Position numbers and translations under genes: made by a program
From: Octopus sinensis
Lineage: Eukaryota
Assembly (NCBI RefSeq): GCF_006345805.1
Contig: NC_043010.1
Coordinates: 1 to 64,000, forward strand
DNA: 64,000 bases
Reading direction: 5' to 3'
Shown here: piece by piece, positions 12,591 to 27,299 of the stretch
Layout of the letters: each line of letters starts with the position of its first letter
Numbering within the stretch: the first letter of the stretch is position 1
The notes under the pieces: generated by a model
Told to the model about the DNA's origin: nothing
The model's database searches: none
What the model saw: the letters and a program-made list of their open reading frames with translations, nothing else

Positions 12591-13716
12591 TATATACATC
12601 TCATCATCATCGTTATCGTTTAACATCTGTCTTCCATGAATATATGGGTAGGATGGTTGACAGGAGCCAGCCAGGTAGAAGACTGCCCCAGGTTACTGTG
12701 TCTGTTTTAGCAGGGTTTTTATGACTAGAATCCCTTGCTAACACCAACCACTCTGTAGAGTGGACTCGGTGCTTTTAGCATAAGGTCAGTTTTGGCATGA
12801 GTTTTACAGCTAGATGCCCTTCTAAATGCCAACCACTTTACACTGTGGATTGGATGCTTTTTATGTGGCACTAGCACTGGCAGGGTCACCAAATAACTCG
12901 TGAGACAAAGAATTTTGAGAGGGCAGGGACATTTGAGAAGGGGAACTCATGTCAGAGGACGAAAGATTACAGTGTGACTGAAAGACTTTTCATTGTTAAT
13001 AAAACTTATCTAATCACCTATCTAAACATTTTATGAACTAATACATTTGAATTTATCTTGATTTAAATTTGTAGTGCTTCCTGTTCAAAAATTACCTTCT
13101 TTCTATATGAAATAACTTATAATATCCTTATTTTGAATGAAGATTGCCCCTTTTGGTCAAACTGCTCCTAGTATTCTTGTTTTTAAGTGCTTTATTCATT
13201 GACAGAGCATTTTCATTACCAGAGACCTATTTCTGCCAACTTGATTCTACATGACACTTTCTAGTCCTAATTGAAACTATTTCACACTGCTTAATATTAA
13301 TTGCTAACATAGGCTCAAAGCCTTGAAATATAGGAGCTGGGTATACCTGATTAGACTAAATACCATACTTCCCTTAATATTGTTATATGGCTTGACAGTT
13401 TTGGAGAAATGTAGAGTTATTTATAGCGGCCTCAGATTCGACTGATACTTTATTTCATCAACCTCTAGAATGATGAAAGTCAAAGATGATCTCAGCAGGA
13501 TTTGAACTCAGAATGTAAAGGTATGAAACTAAGTGCAGCAAGGCATTTTGACAATCACTCTACCAACTCTGCCAATCCACTGTTTCTCACTAAATATTGG
13601 TAATTCTTTGCTTAATGCTTAAATACCCCACTTTATATTTCCTTTCCTTGCATATAACCAAAAGAAAGTTTTGTTCTTTTATCTGAAGATACTGACAGAT
13701 GAAATAAATATCATAC

Positions 13717-13792
13717 CATGAAGAAAGGTCACAAACTTCATCTTGAGATCTGATCTCCAACTCTGATTCATCCATCTTTTAAATCCTTGGAT
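13717..13792 (-). CDS. Probable start-codon exon of the zinc-finger gene (ATG at 13775)
   Basis: Acceptor TTTTCAATTTTCAG (AG 13794-13793) and donor GTATGA (13716-13711). Encodes MDESELEIRSQDEVCDLSS + TG (phase 2), which joins the G of exon 1-178 to give TGG (Trp) in frame. Linkage is inferred from phase only. Confidence 0.6.
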
Positions 13793-16074
13793 CTGAAAAT
13801 TGAAAATAGGGAAGTTAATTTGAGTTGACAAATCAGAATGTCCTGCAAGAAAAAAAGAAAACAAATCAATTATTTCTCAGTCTCTGTAGCTTTACTGATT
13901 GGATGGTAGACATTTGTTTAGCCCCAGATCAGTTCTTGGTTGAGTATAACTGATCAAAGCCTTCCAGCTATACTATTTTTTTCTTTTTACTAACAGTGTA
14001 CTTTATCTGATGTGCCCTTCTCTATTTTGAGACAGTAGGGTGTGCTTTGAGAGATATTTGGTGCTTTTCTAGCAGGTTTAGTGACCCTATGCAAGATTCC
14101 TTGCTGCCTAGTGGATAAATAATGGGTTACAGGGATACTATTTAGAAACTTTGCCTTTAGGGAAGTTTTTATTTAGATCAAGTTGTGCATGACTAATTGT
14201 GTGCCTTTAAGTATCGTATTTAAGAGTTGAACACAGCACTACAAAATAACAATTGTGATTCAGTTTTACAGTGCCTCATTGTTTACAGCAGTGAACTGTC
14301 CTACCTATGGTGCCTATTTACAGTTAGACTGGATTATTTATGAGTTCAGTATCTTAACCAGAGATACTGTGCATTGCTAGGAATAGGATATGTGCCATTA
14401 ATCCTTTAGTCAACAAATTGATATTGTATTGTGATTCTTGTGATATGAGGTTGAGGGGTAATAGATGTTGATTGACTGAGAACTTCTGTTGTTGTTACTG
14501 GAGTAGTCTTGGTCAGAGAAAATTTTAAAGAAATTTTGCTGCTATATTGAGCAGGGATATCAAATATTTAGAAGAGTAAACCACTATAAAAGGAATGAGA
14601 AACCAGTTCAGTATCCAATTCTGTGATTCATTTATTCCAGAAAAATTTTAGAAAAATGTTACAGAGTTTTAAAGTTTGATCATTTTTACCCAATCAGAAA
14701 ATAGGATTTGGAAGCTAGCATTTTCTGCATGATAGATGTCTATCACTGAATGAAAGCAAAATCATTTTGATGGTGAAGTTTTAAACAAAATGAAAATAAT
14801 TACATATCATATAAAAGAGAGCGAGAGAGAGAGAGAGGGGGGGGGGTTGGAAAAGCAAGTGTGAGAGATATACAGTGAAAGAGAGAAAGAGAGAGAGAGT
14901 GGTAAATATATATAGAGAGGAGAAAAGCATAAAAGACAGAGAGAGAGAGAGAGAGAGGTAGACGTGGTGATCTGAAAGTTGAGTTATTTCTCATAGTAGA
15001 TTATATTTTTTGATTACTAAGTACCAAAAACCTTCTCATTAGGATACAGATTTCAAAAATCAAATCTATTTTTCTCAACAATGCACCATTTCAGAACCTT
15101 TCTGTGATATACACAAACATACACTCTCATTTATATAATATATATATGCACACATACACACATATAAATTCATGCCTGAAAATCTATTTCTGTATGTGTT
15201 TATGTATACATGTGCAAATCTGTAAAACTTAGCTATTTGATAAATAAAGATTAATAAAATTAGTACCAGACAGCAATGCTTACTGAAGTTGATATGACTG
15301 ACTAAAACTCTTGAAGATAATGTCCTGCCAACAAGTAGTGAAAAAATAAAAGAATTAGTACCATAGAGTAGTTTCAGGACCATGCTATTAGCTAAGTACT
15401 AGATTGAAAAACAAAAATAAGCACTAGGATTAACCTGTTCAGCTAAAACCCTTCAAAGTGGTGCCCCAGCATTCAAATATGCAGACTGAAACAAGTAGAA
15501 GATAAAAGATTAAAAAATATAGCTGAAGCAGGCAACACAATTTGATCTGAATATGTTCTTGCCCAAAACTAGAACATTAACTAGAGTAAGTGGGTGCAAA
15601 CATGGCTATGTGGTTAAGACATTCACTTCCCAACTGCATGATTTCAAGTTCAATTTCATTGTATGTCATCTTTGGAAAGTATCTTCTGCTGAAACCACCT
15701 ATTGAAAACCAAAACTTAGTGAGTGAAATTTATTAGACAAAAACTGTGTAGAAATTCAAGACAGATGTGTTGTTCTCTGTTTGAATTGTCTGTCAGCCTC
15801 TTTTGATGGTCAAATGTATTGTCAGTTTCTCCTATGTTACTTTCTAGTTGGGTCATTGCTCAACCACATACGATCTTGGGTTATTGATTTTGTCTTTGAT
15901 GAGTGCTGGTATTATTTAGTCCTTTACTTGTACTCGTACATAATCACCAGGATCCAATGATGTGAGTGGCTTTCTTGTGTGTTGGTTGTAATACTTCTAA
16001 ATCAGCCTTTGGAGGTCAGCATATCCATCTGATAGATTTATTGTATGAGGGTACAGTAGCTGACATGATGTAGG

Positions 16075-16930
16075 TAGTATTGTCCTCAAACGTCAATAAT
16101 ACATAACAAGTTGTGCAGGTGATTTACCAACCTTGTCTATTGAAGTATTTATTAAGTCTAACAGTTCCAGGCAGTTCTTTTGTTTTCCTCTCTACATTCT
16201 TTTATCAATATCTTCATGAGTTTCATTCTGAGTTCAAATTCCACAGAGGTCAACATTGCCTTTGATCCTTTTGGGGTCGATAAATTAAGTACCAGTTGCG
16301 TACTGGGGTCGAAATGATTGAATGGCTCCCTCCTCAAAAATGACAAGCCTTGTGCCTAGAGTAGAAAAGAATATCTTCATGAGTTTCATTGCAATTTCAG
16401 CTGGTCCATTTGATTGTAGAAATCATTGACTGGCTTTGATATGGTCAAAGTCCCACATTTTAGCAAAATTTTTCAATTCTTCAAAAAATAATTGCAAAGC
16501 ATTGTTTGAAATTAGAATTTCTGTTATTCCTTCTATGACAAAGACTGGTTTCAACTTGTTTATAATTGTAAAACTGGTTTGATTACTCAACTGTATTATC
16601 TCAGCAAATTTGATGTAATACTCAACAATAATTAAATAACCATCACCACTAGTTCAGAACAAATCAACACCAACCTTTAACCATTGACATTGAGGCAGTA
16701 ACAGTTCTTTAAGACTGTTCTGAATTTTACACATATGATATGCTTTTCAACTGCTTTCCAATGAATCCCTGACAGGCAAAGACTGTACATCTCTGGCTTT
16801 GATGTTCCTGGTGAAACTTTCACTTCTGAATGATTCAGGGATGATTCTACTGTCACTTTTGAAAGGCAATTGGTTGTGATATACAATTTCATCACAGAAC
16901 TCCCAATATGGTTTCAATGATGGCGGTTCC
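16075..16930 (-). mobile_element. Degenerate Ty3/Gypsy integrase relic interrupted by a SINE
   Basis: Reads WLKVGVDLF, GITEILISNN..FAKMWDFDH, QSNGPAEIAMK and SPAQLVMY*RLRTILP, with stops and frameshifts. Confidence 0.75.
16228..16369 (+). mobile_element. 5'-truncated SINE with perfect 21-bp target-site duplication
   Basis: AATATCTTCATGAGTTTCATT at 16207-16227 and 16370-16390. Confidence 0.85.
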
Positions 16931-18106
16931 AGAAGGGTAAGGAGGTAACTAGTAGTGCAGAGAAAAGAGAGGATGTAATATGTGCCAATTCTGCTCTCAA
17001 GTGATTACAGTAGCCAAGTAATGCCACAGACAAAGGAGTGATGAGTGTTAAAGAAAGGGGAGTTGGGGCATGAGATGTAGGGAATGTATGATGGGGCAGA
17101 ATGAGTGTAGGTACAGGGCCCTACATGTACAAGCATAAACAAAATATTTTTAAGGTCTCATCTTGTTGTGATGGATGGATCTTCTTGAACACAGCAAATT
17201 GCCAATCATTTTGATCCCTTGTTAGCTGCTCTGTGAAGCTCAATATCTTGAGACCAGCCTTCACTACTCTGGTTTCTCCTCACCCCAAGCAGTTAAATCT
17301 TTTACCTTTTACTGCTTCATCCAATGTCAACAAATCATTTTCCTGTGTGCTTATTTCTAATAGCAAAATGATTTTGCTTATGGTATTTTGCCCATAGTTT
17401 CCCATAGGCAGGGCATTATTTAAGTGAATGAATTCTATCATATTTTACTACATGAATAGATACAATCATTTGTGGGATTTTCTTTGAATTTTGGATGGGG
17501 TGCTTTTAAACTGTCCTGGGTTTTTTTTTTTTTTTTGCTGGTGTTTGTGTCATGGCTAAGATTAAAGAGCCTTCAGTGATCCATTTAATCTGTGTATCAT
17601 TTTCTACATCCTGAAGCAGTGGTACTAAAATATATTTGTTCTGTATTCCAAATAGAATCCTATCTCTGAATAAATTGTCCTGTAAATTTCAATATCAGTT
17701 AGAAATAAGTCAAATTTCTTTGATAGTAACTGGTTTCTACTAAAAAAGTTGATAGTGGACACATGTTTTTTTTTGTTTTTTAGGGTGACAGTACTCTCAG
17801 AACTTTGTTTAATAGTTATAATTTTATCTTTATCATTTAGGTTAAGTTGCAACTTGCACTTTTCTGTCTTTTTCCATTACTCTTGGACTAACTGAATAAA
17901 GCAAAAGTCATTGCTGTTTCCAGACCTGCAAATCTCAGGTTTAGACTAATTGTATCGTAAAATATGACCAGGGCACTTCACTTTCAAATGGCTTGCACAT
18001 GCAGTTTATGTGCACATAAGGGCAGTTCAATAAAATCAATAAAATTAAAGGAGAGACTAAATACTCATCTTTGTTAAAAGGTATATATTAGTGACAGTAT
18101 TAATAC

Positions 18107-18570
18107 AGAGAGGTAATATTTATCTCCACATAAACATGGATGTTTTGTTAGAACAAACTACACTGCTGTAGTTACCATGATGAGAAACTCTCACATTGGC
18201 TTTTTGGTTCAAAATGCACATTTGTTTATGTTGCGAGCAGGGAGATAAATCCCTGCCACCTCCAGATCAAGCGATTTCAACCTTGTTTAGTCTTGTCAAT
18301 GATGAACACTCAACCGCAAGAAGTAGCAGCGAATCATCACCCTGCCAGCAATATATAGATTGACAATACCAGAACAGACGCTGGTGTAAAAATGAGCAAG
18401 TTAGCTTGTTAAAAAAAAACATATATTAGCAACAGAGGCAGTATTAATATCAAGTGCATTTTGTATAGAATATAAAAAAAACAATGAGAGTTTCTCTCGT
18501 GGTAACTACTGCAGTATAGTTTGTTCTAACAGAACATCCACTTTTAAGTGGGGATAAATACTATCACTCA
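18107..18570. mobile_element. MITE-like element with about 110-bp imperfect inverted arms
   Basis: 18107-18219 (..TATTTATCTCCAC..GTTAGAACAAACTA..CAAAATGCAC) is the inverted match of 18454-18570. Confidence 0.7.
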
Positions 18571-20729
18571 TCTTTGAGTCTTTATCTTTCTTCTGTGGTG
18601 AGAGGTTACCTTATTATAACACCGTGTTATGTTGCATTATAATGAGATAGATAACTAGATAAAAGGTGACTTTACTCATAGCTTATTAATCTGGGGGACA
18701 TGGCTGGAATACTGACTCAAACTGAATATTTTATCAAGATGATGGGTTAAATAAATAATAAGTAATTTTATAATTGAAGGGAAGTAACTCAAAACACTAC
18801 AAATATGGTCTATGGGTGAGGTCAGGCCAAATAATACTTGACCCCCTACCATATCAGATACCTTACTGATCCAACAAGGATTTACACTGCTGTTTTTGTT
18901 GTTTAGAGTCATGTCAACACTTGGCAGATCAAAGGAATTCCAGCCATGACCATCTTGTCCTTCTCTCAGTCATTGTGTATCAAAAACTAAATCATCCAAT
19001 GTATCCTTCCTGTTTTAAGGGTGATTTGACTGCTATTTTTAGTAGGTTGCATTATGGTAGTAATGTGGCTATTTGTGGTGAGAGTAAGTTGATAACACCA
19101 TATATTTAGTTCCTTATTTTAGTTTGTCTAAAACGGATGGAAGATGTCCCAAGCCCTCTTAGTGTGCACAGACGACAAGACAGAGATAACAGTGAGGGGA
19201 ACTAGCATAGTTAACATTTACTGTGAATCATTTCAGTTGTTAGAGAAAATACATAGGAAGTGAAGAGGAAGTTTCAGAAGAAATGAGACGTTTTTCAGGA
19301 AAAGGGGACACCTCATGCCTTTGGCATATTTTTATACAGCCTGTTATCTCAATAAAGAGATCTCTACTGGTTCCCATCAATGGAATATTCCAATTTTTTT
19401 ATCAACTTGGCTACTCAATGAATTATATTGAGTATTCCACAAGACTCTTGTATCCTTAATGTAATTCTCAGGCAATATCAGCTTGGCACAAAGCTGATCC
19501 TGTGAATTAAAAGTACAGTCCACCTAATTTTATAAGATTCATGCAGTTTCTCTCAACCCACTTTAACTCACAGAGTGACATTACTGACTAGTTTAAGAAC
19601 TACCACACATATTTGCAAGTGTGTATATACAACTGAGTATAGGAGATCGAACAGCTTCTGTACTATATTCTCAGTCTTAATCCTACGAATGGGTTGATCT
19701 TAATAGAACAATAGGTTTTTGGCTAAAAATCATATAACAACAAAGGACAGATATCTATGTAGGTATTGTTTAACTCTAGGTCAGTCTCAATAGAGCAGAT
19801 TGTTCAAAGTTGTTCACTCATAATTAGCCCATCCTATCTCTTTTTCTCTGAATCTGGATATGTATGACCAATGTCTCTTTTAATTTTTTGGTGTGTGTTT
19901 GTGCACAAATTTGCCTGTATGCCATTTTTTTTTCGTTTGTAAGGGATGTATGCATTCATGCTAGCAATCTTCAAAATAATTCAGTTTCATCTCAAAACCC
20001 TTGTGCACACACATCTTTTCCTTTGTGCACATGCTGTAAAACATGTACACATGCATAGCTTAAAGGGTACATCACTTAGGACCTTCTAAAACATTAATGG
20101 TTTGAAGTGAGGATGATTTTATCTACTCTTAGCAGACCAAGATACCACAAAGAAACTCCCTCACTAAAAGAGGTTGCTCCATATAATGGACATCGAGTCC
20201 AAATACTCCTAAACCATACACAACCATCAAATACATAATAAAAACAATTTCAACAGTGTAGTACTAGATACACAAGGCTGAACGATAGATGGGATATCAT
20301 AATTGGGGCTCTTTTGATCAAAGGTCTGCTTGAATAGGAGTTATACAACAACCAAACTACCTTCTAAAACGATGTAGAAAGGTTAATTAGCAAAGGTATC
20401 AATTATATCTCTAATCTATGTTCAAATGCACTGAAGTAACTATTTTGTTTTGTCTCCGCAGAAAATGCCTAATTCTACGCCAAACTGTTATACCAGATGT
20501 GGGAATGTTAACTTGAGTAAGACTGGCATCCAGTGCACAAAAGGGGAATATTTATCTTAAAACAATTGAATTTGTGACTAAGTGCTGGCCATCTGGTGAT
20601 GTATGGCCAAGATATATATGCATGTTTTCCTTCTCTTTTTAATTTAGAATAAATTTTGATTGGCCACCTACTTAGGTAGCAAGGTTGTGAATGAAAGCAT
20701 CTTGTTTTAACTGTAAGAAGATCTTGTAG

Positions 20730-22480
20730 ATTTTTAGTTCCTAAATAATGTAATCATTTGTAGTGTATGAATTATGGATTTGCTTTCTCTCCTCAAGATC
20801 CCAAGTTCAGCCATGCTTTGCTCCAGATGGGTTGGCATGTATCCCATTGCTCCAACAATAATAGGTATGAAGCTGAAAGTGTATCTTAGGTACTGGATTT
20901 GCAAACTCCTTATCAATGGTCCATAGATGCCCTATTTGTCTTGTATTTTTTTTACCACATTGGTGTCCAGAGGGCAGTTGATTTTCACAACAGAACATAT
21001 CCTTTCTTTGTGGCCTCATACAACAATATCTGGTTGGCTATGCTATAACTTGATGGCTGTTTTGATTTTTAAGTTTCATGGTCCCAATATGGTCAACTTC
21101 GTCACTTTTCTGTTTTTTGTTATCCTGTTCCAGACTGTTCTGGCCACCACATCAGACCTCATGGGAAGATAATATGTGGAAGACATTCTCTTGCAGTTGG
21201 CAATAATGTGGTTGATATCTTCAGTCTTGGTCTAGCACATGCTATATTTGTTTTCTGGCCTTTATGCTGTAGGTATTAGTGAGGATCTCTTGCTCTTGAA
21301 TTGCATAGTAGTAGCCTTTGAAGTTGGATATCATAAACTTGTTGGTGCTCCATGTCAAGCTTTTGTTTGTGTTTTATGACCAAGTACCCATGTACTATCT
21401 TCTCAGTGAACTGGTTCATTTTTGTTATTTCATTCTGATAAATAGATTTTACTAATGCCTCTTGAGGAGAGATCTGTATCAGCTCTTATTTCATACCTCT
21501 CAAGTTCATCAGCTATCCTAATTATACTGTTGGTTACATAGTCACAAACTTGGACAAGATAGTTACTGGTCTCTTTCCTCTGCTGCAGATGTTTCAGTAT
21601 CCGATGTGCTTAATATGACATCAATAGAGATTTAAGATCACAACCACCATTGTTGCATGGCAAGTATAGCCTGTCTACATCTCCACTGATGCTGAAGTTT
21701 CCTGAGTAGCTTGCAAGTTTGAACATCAATCTCATTGAATTCTTGTAGTGACCAGTTCAGAAGCCAAATGTAGACATGAGGACAGGCACTGCAAAGGTGT
21801 TGTGGGCAATACATTTGTTGTAAATTAAGAGTTCTGATGACCATGTTATCTTTACTCTCCTGAAGTATTCATTCTTGGTCTTCTCCTTATTTATGGGTCC
21901 ATCATATCTGACATTCTCATCTTGTCCAAGATATCTACAATTGTCACCTGACTATAGAGGCTGTATTATCAAGCCATTCATCTTTAAGTTTTCAGAGGGC
22001 ACAACTTTTCCACATTTATAATCAAAACAGCACATTTTGACTTTTAATGAGAGAACAAAGAACAACTCTGACAGGTTATCAACCTAAAATATACCTTTTT
22101 AGCAGTAAATGCTATCCAACTCAATTTGCTCCTTATTACTCCTAAGGAACAAAGTGGTATTCCAAGTTTTGGTCAGGTGTTTAATAGCATTCACTAGTGG
22201 TTGTGGCACTTTGACTAACTGTAAAGTCTTGATAATCCACCCATGTGGTATTCTACCAAAAGACTTCAGGTAGTCCATCTAGAAAAGCCTTTTGGTAGTC
22301 CATACTACAGTTTAATTTCTATGATTCATTAGTGCTTTTTTCTGGATCAGTTAGTTAATTAGTAGCTGTTGTATACAGCTCCACATTTTCTTTCCTCCAA
22401 CTTACTCAGGGGTTATAACGTTGATGGTAACACAAGGTCTGGCAAGAAAGATTGAGACACCCAGTGTATAATTTGAACAT
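20730..22480 (-). mobile_element. Highly degraded R4/Dong-type LINE
   Basis: DYxKAF, PHGWIIKTLQLVKVP..HLTKTWNT and downstream RT/CCHC-like remnants, with many stops. Confidence 0.55.
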
Positions 22481-22779
22481 GATGTTCTGGCAAACTATTG
22501 GGCAGTAATTTTTAGCAAGGGTGGTTTGGCTATTTGTGGGAATAAGGAGTGTAGTTTCAGTTGATAATCATTGGGACAGTTCTTGTGTGCCCTTGATACT
22601 TTATCCACACAATCGTATGTATGTATGCATGCGTGTGCGTAAGTACATATATATATATATATGTATGTATGTATGTATACACATACTGTCATGTCTTAGT
22701 TAACAAGGAGTGCTTTCCTATTTTAAATATACATTTGAGCCCAAGTTTTAAAAATATATTTCGACCTTTTTAATTCCGA

Positions 22780-24240
22780 TTTCAAAAGCCAAATCTTTAA
22801 AGCATCATCACTACAATTAAAACAAGCACAACAGCCAGTGACGCCATATCTTATATATACAGAAACATATCTTTCATCTTCCATTATATTCACATCTACC
22901 CGATTCTTCCTCTCCCTTCTCTGCCCCTCTTTTGATATCGCGATATCGATTTTATCGAAGCTATAATGCTATATATATTTACATATAACTTGTTCTTCAA
23001 TAATTAATGATAATAAAATTATTAATTAATAATTAATTAAATAAAATATAGTTGAAAATGAAGAGAGTGAAATTAGAGCGAACGGTGTTGCTCTTTCAAC
23101 AATCTCGGCTAATAAAATGTCCGTCACCGACCATTATGCCAACAACCAAACAATTTTAGCTCATTTATTTATGTTTGACACCTTTCAAAACGCATCTACG
23201 ACTGTATATAATTGTGATATATAATAACAAATGTTAATGTGATATATAATAAATAATACTAATACACAATCAATCTTCGTTGACAAAAATGGAAAGTATT
23301 CAGTGATATACTGAATACAATATATATATATATATTGAATGTAAAACCAGTGTACCGCCCAGCAAATATAATTATGCACGTACGTATTTAAAAGAAAGAA
23401 CATATGGAAAATATTTCGTGTCATGTATTACAATAAATACGCGATATATTATATTTCATTTAAAATATGAGGTGCGAGTTTATATATTCAATTCGTACAC
23501 CGAATAATGTTCAGGTTAATGTCAGCGTTTAACTACACACACTATACACATGCGAACAATCTTAAATTGTTCACCCGACCGTTGTGTGTCTATGTGTGTG
23601 CATATGTATACACATGGTGTGTATATATGTATGGATGTATATGTGTGTGTATATGTATATATGTGTATATGTATGTATGCATATGTTTGTATGTATGTAT
23701 GTGCATGTATATGTGTATGTGTGTGTATACACACACACTCACATAGATGGAGGCGATCATCTTATAATTACCGAAGAGAAGTAGACAAATAGCTTGAGCA
23801 ATATCAACTATGTTTCTTAATGGTCCATTAAAATACAAACGTACATTAAAAATAGGGGACGGAGGAAAAGTAGAATAATAATAGCATTCAGGCCAGCCAT
23901 AAAACAGAACCAGTTACCGTTATGGTTCTTTGCCAAACTCGACCCATCATTAACTCTAGCAAACAAGCATTACGATCACAAATGCAACTATCCTTTTTCG
24001 CACCATCTTCTTTACGCCCAATAACGCCACATAATATTACGAAAGCCCGTGTCTTGTGCACTAACAACAAATGCAGCAGTAACAATAACAACTAGTGCAG
24101 CAGCAGCAGCGGTAACAACAACAACAACAACAACGACGGTAACAACAACAACAGCACCTGTAAACAGTGTTTCCGTCGGCAGGAGAGAAACGGGGGTGGG
24201 CTTTTCCTGTGTTACGTGCATGTGTAACTACTATTGATCC
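22780..24240 (-). promoter_or_regulatory. CpG-rich candidate promoter region of the zinc-finger gene
   Basis: Abrupt return of CpG after a CpG-poor stretch. Palindrome GATATCGCGATATC at 22934-22947 with adjacent TATCGATT (DRE-like). ATGGCG and AAGATGGTG (YY1-like) on the minus strand, and a CCAAT near 24017. Confidence 0.4.
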
Positions 24241-24350
24241 ACATTTTTAAGTTTACATATACATACATGTATTCAAAGAGTGAGTGAGAGATAGACATGC
24301 CATCAGAGCAAGATAGGTTGTCATACATACACATATACACTTACATATAT

Positions 24351-24393
<43 letters not shown>

Positions 24394-24494
24394 CATACAT
24401 ACATAGATACATACATATACATACATACATACACACACACATATATGTATACATACACACACATATACATATATATACATACATACACACACAC

Positions 24495-24543
<49 letters not shown>

Positions 24544-26399
24544 CCTACCTTGCCCTGATGGCATATCTTTTTTTATAAGTCATTCTTTCTCTATTTCTTG
24601 ACATCTCTTTAGAGATAGACAGATAGATAGATAAATTTAATTCCACTCGTCTCACTTGCTACTTCTCAAACTCCCTCTATATCTTTACAAATATCTAGCA
24701 CACACAAACACACACATATAGAAACATTAAACGGAGACAAAAGACTAACCTTGGACCCAATAATATACAGATCGACTGGTGGTGTGGAAGCGTTCAGCCC
24801 TCTAGAAACGGCGTGCCAGGCTTAACATTCTAGCAGCAGACATTCACCCCCTCAATCAATACTCCCTTTCTTACATGTGTCTAGGTACAGTCCTCTAGCT
24901 AGCTATTTATCAATGTTGTTAAATATCTATCTAAGTCATCCGTCTAAGTATTTAAATTTTTATTTCATTTATAGAGTGTGAGTGTATATGTAAACATATA
25001 TATGCGTATTTGAATAATTGAATATATAAATATTTATTTGTATATATATGTGTGTCTATCAGTGTATGTGTGCGTGCAGTTGGGACGGTGTTCACTGAAT
25101 TTGCGTATCCTCTCTAAAAACATGTCACATTGAAAGAGTGTATTGGTGTCATGAAAGACAGAGAGCTGGCAATAGCTTTCTAATTTTCTTTTTTTTATGA
25201 ATCCATTTAGCTCTTTGAGTTAAAAAATAACATTTTATATAATAGATAGATAACCCTAGACCTGAACAAGTCGGTCAGATATGACTTTGGTATTTTAACC
25301 GTGAATTTCTTCGATTTAGGGATGCACAACATTACACTATCTATATTTACTTGATAGTGATCCGAAGAAAATTTAGCTATGATTACTAGAAGTTCAGGTG
25401 GTCTCACAAAGCTCTCTCGTTTACTCGATGGAGAGATGGTAAGATAAATAAGTAGATGGACAAATAGATAGATAAATAAATAAATAGTTGGAGCTATAAA
25501 TAAAGGCGAGATAATTATGAAAAGGTATATATCTGAATACGGATAATGAGAGGAAATTATGCCACCGTCGAAAGCAACGTTTTACTGTACAGTGTCTAAA
25601 ATACATGGAAGATAATTTTACAAAAATGTCAACGTTTTTTAATATAAAATATTCAGGAAAGGAAAGGAATAGCAATGGCCATGACCTTTGTCTACCTTCA
25701 CAGATTGGTAAGATTGATGAGAGGGAGAACTTTAATGCGAAGGGAAAGCAGGACCTAATCGGAATGCTTTCAAAACTAGGAACTCTGCTGAAGGTACCAA
25801 AGTACAGGGAAGTGATGGTGTTAAACTGGGTAGTGTGTTAGGTCTACCATTCAAAATTAATTCAAGTAGAAACTATTAAATTTTAGCAAGATTCTTCGCG
25901 AGTTACTGGGATAAGACTGAACGGGAGGAAGCTAAAGTGCAGGGATGACAATACTGTGTTAGCCACAGAAGAAACAAACGGAAAATGGTATAACGGTAGT
26001 GATTAATAACGAAAATGTGGAAATAGACATACGACGTGAGATGAATTGAACTGATAAGCGACGATTTATTCTCCGTTATAAAATAGAATGATTGATATAC
26101 ATGAAATGATATAACATAAGCTAAAACAAGGATGTGTGAGAGACTTCGTGGTTAGGCTAGACTGTTGGTCTTGTAGGCAAAGTTGACGTACAGTTTGGTG
26201 GTGTGTAGAGGCAGCCGTTGGTCTGTTGGTTGTGTGGTCTTCATACAAGAACAATGTAGGCAGGCGTCTGGTAGAGATGAAAGCGGAAACTGGCTGGTGA
26301 CGGATATATCGTTGCTGGAGACGAGTTGCGTGTGCCAAAGAATTTCTTTATTTGCCTATAGGGATATACATAGAGGGGACAGAATAAGGACGGTCAAAA

Positions 26400-27290
26400 C
26401 TGTACCTTGATAACTTCTCTCGAACTGGTAAGGCCGATCGGTAGCACAGCCAAGGCAAGGATTTCTGGAAATTATCCATATACCTCGGCCTGAATGTCTT
26501 TCCGAATAGGTTGACTAGCCGGTTCCCATCGAAGCCCAGAGCTTTCCCCAGGACGTCGTCGGATCGTGCTTTAACAATCCGCAGTTGCCGGTACTACTCG
26601 CCCAGGAGAACAGAGTGAATGCTTGTCCGCACTCCTTCTACCATTCACCCATTCTAGGTCTTCACTTGATCCATGCGCCTAGGGACGTTAATTACGGAAA
26701 AAAGAACTTGACGTGCGGTGACCACATCTGTTCACCATCCAGGTAGAGCCAGAGATGTCTCAGCCTCAGCGCAAACTTGCGCATCATCAACCAAGGCATC
26801 CCTAACCCACCCTTTAAAGGTTTCTGGCAGCAGATGGAGCGCCTCACAAAAAGCAGAAAGGATCCGTTCCAACTTGGTCAGTCACACACCGGGGCAAGGC
26901 ACGACGGTTAGGCGGTAGGTTATCACAGATGCTATAAACACCTATACAACCTCCGCCATCCCTAGCAAGGATAGCGTCTTCTCAGACCAGGTCTCGGTTA
27001 CGGCCGTCATCTTGCCTGTGACCTCGCTCCAGCTTTTCTCCATCTGAATATCTGGTCCAAACCAGACCCCGAACAGTTTAACTTGGCCCTCCGTCCAACG
27101 TCCAACGACGCTGTTGGGAGGCATCGACTTGCCCCTCCAGGTGCCGAGTTGCAAGCCGACTGATTTATCCTGGTTAACTTTTGCCCCTTCTACCGGTTCG
27201 TATCTTTTGATTGTGTCTTCTACACGATGTAGCTGTCATTCATCAGACACGATAATGGTGACATCATCCGCATACGACACCCTGCCAGAA
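26400..27290 (-). mobile_element. Tx1-type (L1 clade) LINE fragment, post-RT region
   Basis: AYADDVTIIVS, KLFGVWFGPD, KSWSEVTGK. Homologous to 49200-49770. Confidence 0.8.
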
Positions 27291-27299
27291 CTTCAGGTG

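Noticed and set aside
17600-17900. Possible Penelope RT N-terminal remnant on the minus strand
   Set aside because: Similarity to the IIIKxADKG motif is too weak to support.
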